From assembly GCF_009914755.1 (NCBI RefSeq), contig NC_060947.1: a DNA stretch of 64,000 nt; one strand, 5' to 3'. This DNA is from the human T2T-CHM13v2.0 reference genome, Homo sapiens. This document shows, piece by piece, positions 42,767 to 55,237 of this stretch. The position numbers and the translations under genes were made by a program. The first letter of the stretch is position 1. Every line of letters starts with the position of its first letter. The notes under the pieces were generated by a model that was not told the DNA's origin, ran no database searches, and worked only from the letters and a program-made list of their open reading frames with translations.

Positions 42767-44456
42767 TTAGGATGGTGCAGAAGTAATTGTGGTTTTTGCC
42801 ATTACTTTTTTTTTTTTATTTCTGGGGTACATGTGCAGGATGTGCAGGTTTGTTACATATGTAATCATGTGCAATAGTGGTTTGCTGCACCTATCAACCC
42901 ATCCCCTAGGCATTAAGCCCAGCATGCATTAGCTATTCTTCCTAATACTCTCCCTCCCCCAACCCTACTCCCCGACAGGCCCTAGTGTGTGTTGTACCCC
43001 TCCCTGTGTTCATGTGATCTCACTGTTCAGCTCCCGCTTATATGTGAGAATATGCAGTGTTTGGTTTTCTGTTCCTGTGTTAGTTTGCTGAGGATAATGG
43101 CTTCCAGCTTCATCCATGTCCCTGCAAAGGACATGATCTCATTCCTTTTCATGGCTGCATAGTATTTCTTGGTGTATATGTACCACATTTTCTTTATCCA
43201 GTCTATCATTGATGGGCATTTCGGTTGATTCCATGTCCTTGCTATTGTGAATAGGGCTGCAATGAACATACACATGCATGTATCTTTGTAACAGAATGAT
43301 TTATATTCCTTTGGGTATATACCCAGTAATGGGATTGCTGGGTCAAATGGTATTTCTGGTTCTAGATCTTTGAGGAATTGCCACACCATCTTCCACAATG
43401 GTTGAACTAATTTACATCTCCACCAACAGTGTAAAAGCATTTCTATTTCTCTGCAACCTCACCAGCATCTGTTCTTTCTTGACTTTTTAATAATGGCCAC
43501 AGTGCCCAAAGTAATTTATAGATTCAATGCTATTCCCATTAAACTACTATTGACATTCTTCACAGAATTAGAAAAAAAAACTATTTTAAAATTCATATGG
43601 AACCAAAAAAGAGCCCATAGAACCAAGACAATCCTAAGCAAAAAGAATAAAGCTGGAGGCATCACCCTACCAGACTTCAAACTATACTATAAGGCTACAA
43701 TAACGAAAATAGCATGGTACCGGTACAAAAACAGACACATAGACCAATGGAACAGAATGAAGAACTCAGAAATAAGATCACTCATCTACAACAATCTGAT
43801 CTTCGACAAACCCGGCAAACACAAGCAATGGGGAAAGGACTGCCTGTTTAATAAATGGTGCTGGGAGAACTGGCTATCCATTTGCAGAAAATTGAAAGTG
43901 GACCCCTTCCTCACACCTTATACAAAAATTAACTCAAGATGGATTAAAGACTTAAATGTAAAACCCAAAACTATAAAAACCCTAGAAGTAAATCTAGGCA
44001 ATACCATTCAGGACATAGGCACAGGCAAAGATTTCATGATAAAATCACCAAAAGCAGTTTCAACCAAAGCAAAAAAATTGACTAATAGGATCTAATTAAA
44101 CTACAGAGCTTCTGCACAGCAAAAGAAACTATCATCAGAGTGAACAGGCAACCTATGAAGTGGGACAAAATCTTTGCAATCTATCTATCTGACAAAGGTC
44201 TAATATCCAGCATCTACAAAAAACACAAACAAATTTACAAGAAAAAAACAGACAATCCCATTAAAAAGTGGGCAAAGGACATGAACAGATGCTTCTCAAA
44301 ACAAGGCATTCATGCAGCCAACAAACATATAAAATAAACTCAACGTCACTGATCATTAGAGAAATGCAATGAGATACCATCTCACGCCAGTCAGGATGGC
44401 CATTATTTGCCAGTAGTTTCAATGCAAAAACTGCAATTACTTTTGAACTAACCTAA
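42767..44456. mobile_element. MADE1 (Hsmar1 MITE) split by an L1 (halves 42767-42808 and 44406-44456)
   Basis: ttaggatggtgcagaagtaattgtggtttttgcc / caaaaactgcaattacttttgaactaacctaa match the Hsmar1 TIRs. Confidence 0.88.
42809..44405 (-). mobile_element. 5'-inverted L1PA (L1PA8-10-like): minus strand 42809-43499, plus strand 43492-44405
   Basis: ORFs 43027-43440 (-) and 43493-44095 (+) are ORF2 pieces; TSD tttgccattacttt (42795) / tttgccagtagttt (44406). Confidence 0.92.
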
Positions 44457-44879
44457 CAATTGTAGCTTTTTTCTAGGGGGTGGTTTTCTAGACAGTTTGT
44501 ATTGGTGTTACTGACAGTGTTAAGGGAGATTATTAAATTAAACAGAAGAAACAAAAAACATTACCCTTAATCCTGCAGTGGGTAGTGTTGCCACCTTGGG
44601 ATGGGTGGGTTTCCCTTCAGCACATGGAATTGGTGCCTCCTTTAAATCCAATTTTGTGGCTGGAAGGAGGGAATGGTTTTATTAAGAGGATGTGGATTTC
44701 TGGAAGCCTAGTTTAAATCTAGAAGCCTTCTGGGGCTTTTTAGAAGAAATTTAATAAACTTCAAAAAGGCCTCCATTATAGACTGCAGTTGGTGATGTTG
44801 GAAAGGACTTTACCAAGAGTTTGTTGGACCTCTCTTAAATCCTTTTAGATGTTGCTGGTTATTACATTGAAAAAAAGAC

Positions 44880-45025
44880 ATTCTGTGGTCAAATAAATGT
44901 GAGAAATGCTGGGTTCAACAAGGTTCAAGAGGTTTTTTTTTTTTGCAGAACATAGCAGAATTCTTAATATTGTAATGTGCAATGTGAGACGTCTAAAAGG
45001 GGCATAAAATATGCAAGTAAACATG
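44880..45025. mobile_element. MER103-like hAT element
   Basis: ggtcaaataaatgtgagaaatgctgggttcaacaagg...ttaatattgtaatgtgcaatgtga. Confidence 0.55.
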
Positions 45026-46935
45026 GATGCAGAGCTTGAAAACATTGGTCCTGCAGAGTCACCAACTAGACCCAGGTTTAGAGAAGAGGAGGGGAGAGCT
45101 TTGGACTCTGAGCCTGAGCTAAAGAGAGGAGACATGAATCTATGTATACAATGGCAATGTTCTATCAAAAATATGCATAAATAAATGCATAAGTAAGTGG
45201 GACTTTTGTAAATTTACCTCCATTTCCCATTGGTCTGCACAATTATTGAGAGTCATTTTCTCTTTTCTGAATGACTTTCAAAGCATAGTGGCTCTCGACC
45301 CATTAGTTTTCAGTTTAACTTCTGCAGCAAATTACTAAATAAATACATCTGGAAAGACAGAAACATAAGGGAACATTTTTGGTGAATCACTTAGTTTAAA
45401 TAATATTTTATAATTTGTAAAGTAAATCTCAATTCATGTTGTATATATGTAAAATCTTAGATCAGAACTTACAGAAATAATAATTAGTTCTAGTACAAAA
45501 TTAGGGAAGAAAAAAATATTGACTGAAGAGGAAAACTACTGACTGCCTATCACTGTCAGTTTTCCTCATTTACACATCCTACCAATTTGGCCTATTTTTT
45601 AAGATTAAAATCGTTAAGCAAGGTTGATGTTCTATAGTTACATAGCACAATGTAATGAGGCCATCACAATTTTACAAATAACTAAAACCACTATCATTGC
45701 CAGTTGATCAATATCTTCAAGTTGCATTTTGTACAGTACAAATAAAGAATCATGTTTGGAGAATATATCATATATCACTTTAAGGTACCATTTTATTTCT
45801 ATTCTTTCCACAAAACAATGATATAAAATATAAACTGTATATTTTAACATGTATTCCCTAAAGAGTGATGGAGCTTAGTTTCTTTAAAGTGGGCCTTAAT
45901 TAATATACTGTAACTGGTAGGTAGAAGGAAAGTGAAAACTCAAAAAACAAGATGCTATTTGCTGGTTATTTGGCTATTGCCCTATTTCCATTCCATTAGA
46001 CAGCAGCAGCCTTACAGTTGTTGAAAGAGTTTAGTACAATGGAGAACACAGAATCAGCATATCTGAAATTTTTGCTATTCCAAGAAAAAAAAAAACATGA
46101 GCTTGGAATATAACAATTAGCATAAATATCAATAACAATCCAATCATATATCTCCTTCTGCTGCTCTAGAAAAAAATCTGAGAAAAATGAGGATTCTTGT
46201 TATTGAAATTTTTAGATTTTTTTAAAAAGTAATAACCAGAAACCTAGGTTGGATTTTAAATGTTTAGAATTATTGTTAAACATCTTTTTGAAACACACTA
46301 CTTATTTTTTTGCCTGAAGAAATATAGTCTAGAAACCACTTGGAACCTGTGGGGGATGACTAATTACCCTGTAGCGACTCAAGGCCATCAATCTTTCAAT
46401 GCCTGGGATGAAGACTAAGAGGGCAAGAGAAAGGAATTACTTATATCATGTGTAAGTTGTTGTGGTAAGCACTTTACATATTTTGCCTCATTTGATTCCC
46501 CCAAGAACCCTGGGAATTAGAAAAAATTAAGTTACTTGCTAGTAGAGGCAGAAACAAGATGCTATCCCAGATCTGTGTCACACTGGTTGAATGTACATTC
46601 ATTCCAGAACATTCTCAATCAGTTGTTTCCCTTTATACAAAACTCTAAATGCACATTTAACTTCCAATCATTTTTCTCCTTCTCTACAAAGGAGAATGTA
46701 ACAGGAAAAAAAAATGAAAGAAAAAGAAAATCTGGCAAATTGAGGGTCCTTGTTACCTGAATTCTGTTTAAAGCAGATTCCAGTGAAATTTAATTTTAAG
46801 AATAAACTCCAAATGAGATAACAAAATGCATACAATTGAATAATGCATTTCACTAGACTTTGTCTTTCTTTAATGACAAACATTTATATAGATTCTATTA
46901 TGTGCTGGGAACTGTGTTAAGCACGCTATCTGTAG

Positions 46936-47400
46936 TATCTATCAGGGTACAAGTAGGAAGCAGATGACACACTCCAGTTGGATAACTGAGGATTTAATGA
47001 AGAGACCATTCACAAAAAGGCAGGCAGGGTTAAAGGATTGTGCAGTACACCAGGGCTAGCAATACCCAGAAGCCCTTTACCACTTTTACTGAAGGGACAG
47101 GGGGAGGGAGAATTTACTGGGTTCCAAAAAATATAGTCATACCTGTAGCTGTAGCGGAGGGCCATCTGACAGGAGTTGTGACCTTAGTTGGAGAAACACG
47201 GGCATCGCCAACTCATGGCAAACTAGCAAAGGGGAAAGTGGGGAAATAAAGACCCACATTCTCCTCCTGATTTCTGACCTCCTGCTAGCTGAACCCATCC
47301 AGAAGTTGGAAGGCAAGGGAACTCCTTAATGAGAGCCATACAAGCCAGCCTCTCAGGACACAGAGCAAGGTAGATCAGGAATCTAAAGGGAAAAGGGGAA
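46936..47400 (-). mobile_element. ERVL-class LTR relic
   Basis: aggaagcagatgacacactcc...tttaatgaagagaccattcacaaa motif. Confidence 0.5.
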
Positions 47401-47724
47401 AAAATACATCATTCATGTATTTTTAAATCTCCACGACATCGCACAAGATCAGCCTACTGTAATTCTCACTATTGTATTTAGATGAATAAACTGAAGTTTA
47501 GAGAGACTAATTTGCCTAAATTCACAATGATAGTACCTGGAGCAAGACTCATATCACAGTCTATCTGAATCCAGAGCTGGTGCTCATAACTACCACCCTA
47601 ACTGCACAACAGAATCACGTGTGGAACATTTTTAAATTGTACCACTCATGGTCACACCAAAAAGCTACTTAATCAAAATCTCCTGGGGAACTCAGGAATG
47701 TGTAGTGTTCAAAGTTTCACAGAT

Positions 47725-48310
<586 letters not shown>

Positions 48311-48939
48311 AAAGTTCCACAGATGACTCTGATTCTGATGTCATAGCCGGTTTGAGAACCCCTGGTTTTGTTATACATTTCCTCCAAAAGTGATTTTAAC
48401 CATTTTGAACCTCAGTCATATTATCTGTAAACTGTGGGGAAAATACTAGCATTATAGGTCTATTATTAGCTAGCATAATTTGTGACACATGAAGGTGCTA
48501 AGTAAAATCTCTATTCCCTTTTCTTTCCCATCTCTTTATTTTGCCTTCAATGAAGCCTGGCTTCAGAGTAACCGGCCCAATCACTATGGTTTTACCTTTT
48601 CTTAGTGCTAATCTTTCAGTATTCTGATCCACGACCCCAACAAGGTACAGTGTAAGTCTCATACAGCACAAACTAGTCACAAGTCACTGACTTTGTCTTT
48701 ATATTAAATTCCGAATAATGAAAATGCATAAAACATCTAGTAAATAAAATACAAATAAGATAAGAACGTTAAAAATGCTAGTAACCTTAAAAATCATGGG
48801 TGATTTTACAAAATAATATTGATTATTTTCTTTTCCTCATGGAAATAATAAGTCTCCAGCATTAAAACATGTCTTCAATCCCTCCACTCTCTCTGAACAT
48901 TATCCATGTATGTGGCTTTACCATTTTTATGCTACTGGC

Positions 48940-49200
48940 TCGCACATCTATTAATTCAGTCTTTAATTATCTTCTGAGTCCCAGACTCAAATATTCAAAT
49001 GCATACTAGACATATCTTGCTAGATGTTCCACAAACACCTCCTACACATGTCCAAAACTGAACCCATAATTGGCCTACTCACAACCATACCTTCTCTACT
49101 CCCTTTCTCAACTGATGGTGCCAGCACCCACTCAAGCTAAAAATCTGGTAATCATTTCTTCCATTCAAGTGGCAACCAAATCCTGTGAATTCTTTGGCTA
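48940..49200 (+). mobile_element. L2 relic
   Basis: tcccagactcaaatattcaaatgcatactagacat...catgtccaaaactgaac. Confidence 0.65.
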
Positions 49201-50914
49201 TACTATAATTGAATTATTTCTTTTTCATCTAATGATAATTAAGATTTTCCCAATTTTTAATTCTTACAAATGATATTGCAATAGATATCCTTTTACATGT
49301 TCTTTTTTTTACTTTTTTAAAAGTCATAAAATTGTGACCTTGATTTTTTAATTTAGTTTTTTGAATATGTAATACATTGACATGTCTCAGAGGTCCCTCC
49401 CACTCCATCCATCATCTACCCAAAAACCACTCCACCCATCCCCCTGGTAACCACTCTTAGTAATTACATACTTATACTTCCAGAGTGTTTTTTGCATTTA
49501 CAAAGGAATATTGTTGTATATTATTGGATTCCTTTTTATACAAAAGATTGCATGTTTTTGATGTTAAAATTAATTTTTAAATTAAATAATGTGTTATCAA
49601 AGTTTTGTGTGAGTCAACCATAACATCTTGATTCTAGAGAATGGAAAACCTACAGATGAGTAAGAAAGTGAATAAAAGGTTATATGACTGGGCCAATTTC
49701 ATTGACCCTTGTTAAGTGAATTTAAAAATCTCGTATCATCCATTTTGAAAGACCTTACAGACATTTCAGTTGCAAACTAGTTAAGGACCTTAGCATTTGA
49801 TAGGAATATATATGGAATTTTTATTACGGTAGTTGTCTGAAATTTATGATCGAAAGAGGCAAGAGTGGTGCAGAACCATCTAAATCATTCTACATTAAAC
49901 TACACTCCACTGGCATGTGTGCTAATTGGTAATATTTCCTAATTGTGTTCACTAGAAATTTGTGGGGAAATGGTAGCCCAGAGAGATGGAAAACTAACAA
50001 CAACCTTCAATTAATGTGGGAGTCACTTTTCTCAATGGAACATCCAGTCTTACAAAGGTAGGAGCAAACTGCAGAAACATTTTGGGAAAGTCATTTAGCA
50101 AATGTATCATAAGCCTTCAAAATTATGTTCATATCTTTTAAACTAGTAAACTCATTTCTAAAGCTATAAATCAAAATGTAAACAAATCTATAAAAATTAT
50201 TATTTCTTTATGAGGGCAAGATTTGGAAACAAATGTCTATGAATGGGATAACTAATACATATTTTTATGGCTTCCTTTTCATTTTCTTTGCAGCTGAACT
50301 TTCATCTTAAGATATCACTCACGCCCCAATTCACATGGCCTCAGAATAATATTCATGCTGTTTGGAAAATCATCCTTTTTTCACTTTTATTTAGGTTCTG
50401 GGGTACATGTACAGGTTTATTATATAGGTAAATTGCATGTCATGAGGGTTTGGTGTACAGGTTATTTAATCATCCAGGTAATCAGCATTGTACATGATAG
50501 GTAGTTTTTTTATTCTCACCCTTCTCCAACCCTCCACCCTCAAGAACACCCCAGTGTCTGTTGTTTCCTTCTTTCTGTCCGTATGTACTCAATGTTTACC
50601 TCCCACTTATAAGTGAGAACATGCAGTATTTGGTTTTCTCTTTCTGTGTTAGTTTGCTTAGGATAATGGCCTCAAGCTCCATCTATGTTGATACAAAGGA
50701 CATGATATTCTTTTCAATGGCTGCGTAGTATTCCGTGGTGTATATGTACCACATTTTCTTTATGTAGTCTACCATTGATAAACATTTAGGTTGATTCTGT
50801 GTCTTTTCTATTGTGAATATGCAACAAACATATGCATGCATGTGTCTTTATGATAGAATGATTTATATTTCTCTGAGTATATACCCGATAATGGAATTGC
50901 TGCATCAAATGGTA

Positions 50915-50993
50915 TCGGGTTGGTGCAAAAGTAATTGTGATTTTTGCCATTAAAAGTAGTTCAAAAACTGCAATTACTTTTGCACCAACCTAA
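50915..50993. mobile_element. MADE1 (Hsmar1 MITE), intact, inside L1
   Basis: 79-bp palindrome ggttggtgcaaaagtaattg...caattacttttgcaccaacctaa; TA TSD (50913-14, 50994-95). Confidence 0.93.
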
Positions 50994-53900
50994 TAATTTT
51001 GTTTTAAGTTTTTTGAGAAATCACCAAACTGCTTTCCACAGTAGCCGAACTAATTTACATTCCCAGCAGCAATGTATAAGCACTCCCTGTTTCCCACAAC
51101 CTTGTCAGCATCTGTTACTTTTTGACTTTTTAATAATATCCATTCTGACTGGTGTGAGATGATATCTCATCATGGTTTGGATTGGCATTTCTCTAATGAT
51201 TAGTACTGTTCAGCATTTTCTCATATATTTGTTGGCCACATGTATGTCTTCTTTTGAGAAGTGTCTGTTCATGTCCTTGGTCCACTTTTCAATGGGGTTG
51301 TTAGTTTTTTTGCTTGTAAATTTGTTTAAGATCCTTACAGATTCTGGATATTAGACCTTTGTTGGATGCATGGTTTGGTAGTATTTTCTCCCATTCTGTA
51401 GGTTGTCTGTTTACTCTGTTGGTAGTTTCTTTTGCTATGCAAAAGCTCTTTAGTATAATCAGGTCCCATTTGTCAATTTTTGTTTTTCTTGCAATTGCTT
51501 TTGTCATCTTCATCAGGAAATCTTTTCCAGGTCTTATGTCCAGAAAGGTATCTCTTATGTTACCTCCTAGGTTATCTTCCAGGATCTATAGTTTTAGGTT
51601 TTATATTTAAGTCTTAAAACCATCATGAGTTCATTGTTATATGTGGTGTAAGGAAAGGATCCAGTTTCAATCTTCTGAATATGGCTAGCCAATTATCCCA
51701 GCACCATTTATTGAATAGAGTGTCCTTTCCCCATTCCTTGTTTTTGTCAATTTTGCCAATGATCAGATGGTTGTAGGTGTGACATTATTTCTGGGCTCTC
51801 TATTCTGTTCCATTGGTCTATGTGTCTGGTTCGTTTTTTTTTTGTTTTTGTTTGTTTGTTTGTTTGTTTGTTTTTTTACCAGGACCATGCTGTTTTCATT
51901 ACTGTAGCCTTGTGGAATAGTTTGAAGTCAGGTAATGTGATCCCTCCAGCTTTGTTCTAATTGATTAGGACTACCTTGGCTAGTTGGACTCTTTTTTGAT
52001 TCCATATGAATTTTAAAATATTTTTTCTAGTTCTGGGAAGAATGTCATTGGTAGTTTGATAGGAATACCATTGAATCTGTAAAATTACTTTCATTGGTTT
52101 TGCCATTTTAACAATATTGACTCTTCCTATCCATGAGTGTGGAATGTTTTTCCATGTGTTTTTGTCATCTCTGATTTTTTGAGCAGTGCTTTGTAATTCT
52201 CATTGCAGTGATCTTTCATCTCCCTGGTTAGCTGTATTCCTAGGTATATTATTCTTTTTGTGGCTATTGTGAATGGCATGCATTCCTGATTTGGCTCACA
52301 TCTTGGATGCTATTGGTGTATAGAAATACTACTGATTTTTGTACATTGATTTTATATCCTTACACTTTGCTAAAGTTGTTTACCAGATCATGGAGGTTTT
52401 GGGCAAGGACTATGGAGTTTTCTAGGTATAGAATCATACCAGGTTTATAAGGCAAGGACCTTATGGGTTCATGGGTGAATTGTACCAAGCATTTAAAAAT
52501 TAATGCTGAGAGGAGCCACAGACCCTCTGAAGGAAGCAGACTGCTCCTACAGGACCTTGGAGACACCCCAAATACTGTGAGTGCCCCAACTGCAGAAACA
52601 GGAAAGGGAGACCCTTCTCTCCTGAACACACAACCCCACTGGAGAACCTGAAGGTCTGTTTTGGGGAGAAGCTTCTGAATTTACCTGGAGCTGAGTCAAT
52701 TTAGAGAGCCGAGCAAAATACAGGGGTAGAGGAAGCAGCAGAAAGGCCCTGGGAGCTTGCTGGGTCCCCTGGCAGGCCATTCCTGCCTGGCACCACAGGG
52801 ATCCATCAGGAGGGCAGCCAGAGGAGCAGGGGGTAAAACTCCACAGGGAAAAGGAAATCTGTAGCTGAACTTTGTAACAATTTGAACGGGGAGAGAAGCC
52901 TCCTGGCCAAAACTCAGGGGAGGGCACAAATCCAGTGTGTAGACTCCACAGGCAGAGGAAGAACCAAGTCTTTTCTTTCACAGCTGGGAGGTGGGTAACC
53001 TGGGGCAAGTTTTCAAGCCCCTCTCGCCCCTCTCCTGGAAACAGACTCGGGGCTGTTGGTGGAGGGGCACCAAGGGAGTGACACTGGCCCTTGGATTTGT
53101 GAAAGAGCTGGGTGAGGCCTGTGACTGCCAGCTTTCCCCACTTGCCAGACAACCTGCATGACTCAGCAGAGGCAGCCATATTCCTCCTAGGTACACAACG
53201 CCAGTGACCCGGGAATCTCACCCCCATCCCTCACAACAGCCACAGCAAGACCTGCCCAAGGAGAGTCTGAGCTTAGACATGCCTAGCCCTACTCCCACCT
53301 GATGGTCTTTCCCTACCCACCCTGGTAGCCGAACGCAAAGGGTATATAATATTGGGAGTTCCAGGCCCGGCCCACTGCCAGTCCCTCTCCATATTTCTAC
53401 AGCTAATGCTCTCTGGAAAGTGCCACCTCCCAGCAGGAGGCCAACCCACACAAAAATAGAGTGTTAAACCACCAAAACTAAGAACTCTCATGGAGTCCAT
53501 TGCACCCCTCATCCCGCCACCTCCACCGGAACAGGTGCTGGTGTCCATGGCTGAGAGACCCATAGATGGTTCATACTACAAGACTCTGTGCAGACAACCC
53601 CCAGTACCAGCCCAGAGCCAGGTAGACTCGCTGGGTGGCTAGACCCAGAAGAAAGACAACAATCACTGCAGTTTGTCTTACAGGAAGTCACATTCATAGG
53701 TAAAGGGGGAGAGTACTACATTAAGGGAACATCCCATGGGACAGAAGAATCTGAACAACAGTCTTCAGCCCTAGACCTTCCCTCTAACAAAGCCTACCCA
53801 AATGAGAAGAACCAGAAAACCAACCCTGGTAATATGAAAAAACAACAATATTCAACATTCCCCAAAAATCACACTAGTCCACCAGCAATGGTTCCAAACC

Positions 53901-54921
53901 AAGAAGAAATTCCTGATTTACCTGAAAAAGAATTCAGGAGGTTAGTTATTAAGCTAATCTAACTAAACTTTCAATGGAAGTACCATTGAAAGGCAAAGTC
54001 CAGTGCAAGGAAATCCAAAAAACCAACACAAGAAGGGAGAAATATTCAAGGAAATAGATAGCTTAAAGAAAAAGCAATAAAAAATTCAGGAAACTTTGGA
54101 CACACTTTTAGAAATGTGAAGTGCTCTAGAAAGTCTCAGCAATAGAATTGAACATGCAGAAGAAAGAAATCCAGAGCTGAAAGACAAGGTCTTCAAATTA
54201 ACCCAATTCAACAATGACAAAGAAAAATGAATAAGAAAACATGAACAAAGCCTCCAAGAAGTCTGGGATTCTATTAAACAACCAAATCTTAGAATAGTCG
54301 GTGCTCCTGAGGAAGAAGATAATTTTAAGAGCTAGGAAAACATACTTGGGGGAATAATCAAGGAAAACTTCCCCAGCTTTGCTAAAGATCTACACATCCA
54401 AATACAAGAAGCACAAAGAACACCCAAGAAATTCATGACAGAAAATCATCACCTAGGCACATTGTCATCAGGTTATCCAAAGTTAAGATGAAGGAAAGAA
54501 TCTTAAGAGCTGTGAGACAGAAGCACCAGGTAGCCTACAAAAGAAAACCTATCAGATTAACAACAGATTTATCAGCAGAAACTCTACAAGCTAGAAGGGA
54601 TTGGGGCCGTATCTTTAGCCTCCTCAAACAAAACAAGTATTGGCCAAGAATTTTATATTCAGCAAAACTAAGCATAATATATGAAGGAAAGATACATCCT
54701 GTTTCAGACGAACAAATTCTGAGAGAATTTGCCACTACCCAGCCACCACTATAAGAACTTTTGAAAGGAGCTCTAAATCTTGAAAGAAATCCTGGAAACA
54801 CATCAAAACAGAACCTCTTTAAAGCTTAAATCACATAAGAGCTATAAAACAAAAATACAAGTTAAAAAGCAAAAACAAAACAAAGCACACAGGCAACAAA
54901 AAGCATAAAGAATGCAACAGT

Positions 54922-55237
<316 letters not shown>

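Noticed and set aside
50265-50375. Strong acceptor-like cttccttttcattttctttgcag
   Set aside because: No matching donor or meaningful frame before the L1 begins.
52360-53962. Cluster of long ORFs up to 226 aa in GC-rich DNA, resembling a gene or promoter
   Set aside because: This is the L1PB 5'UTR; the GC content explains the open frames and the CpGs have decayed.
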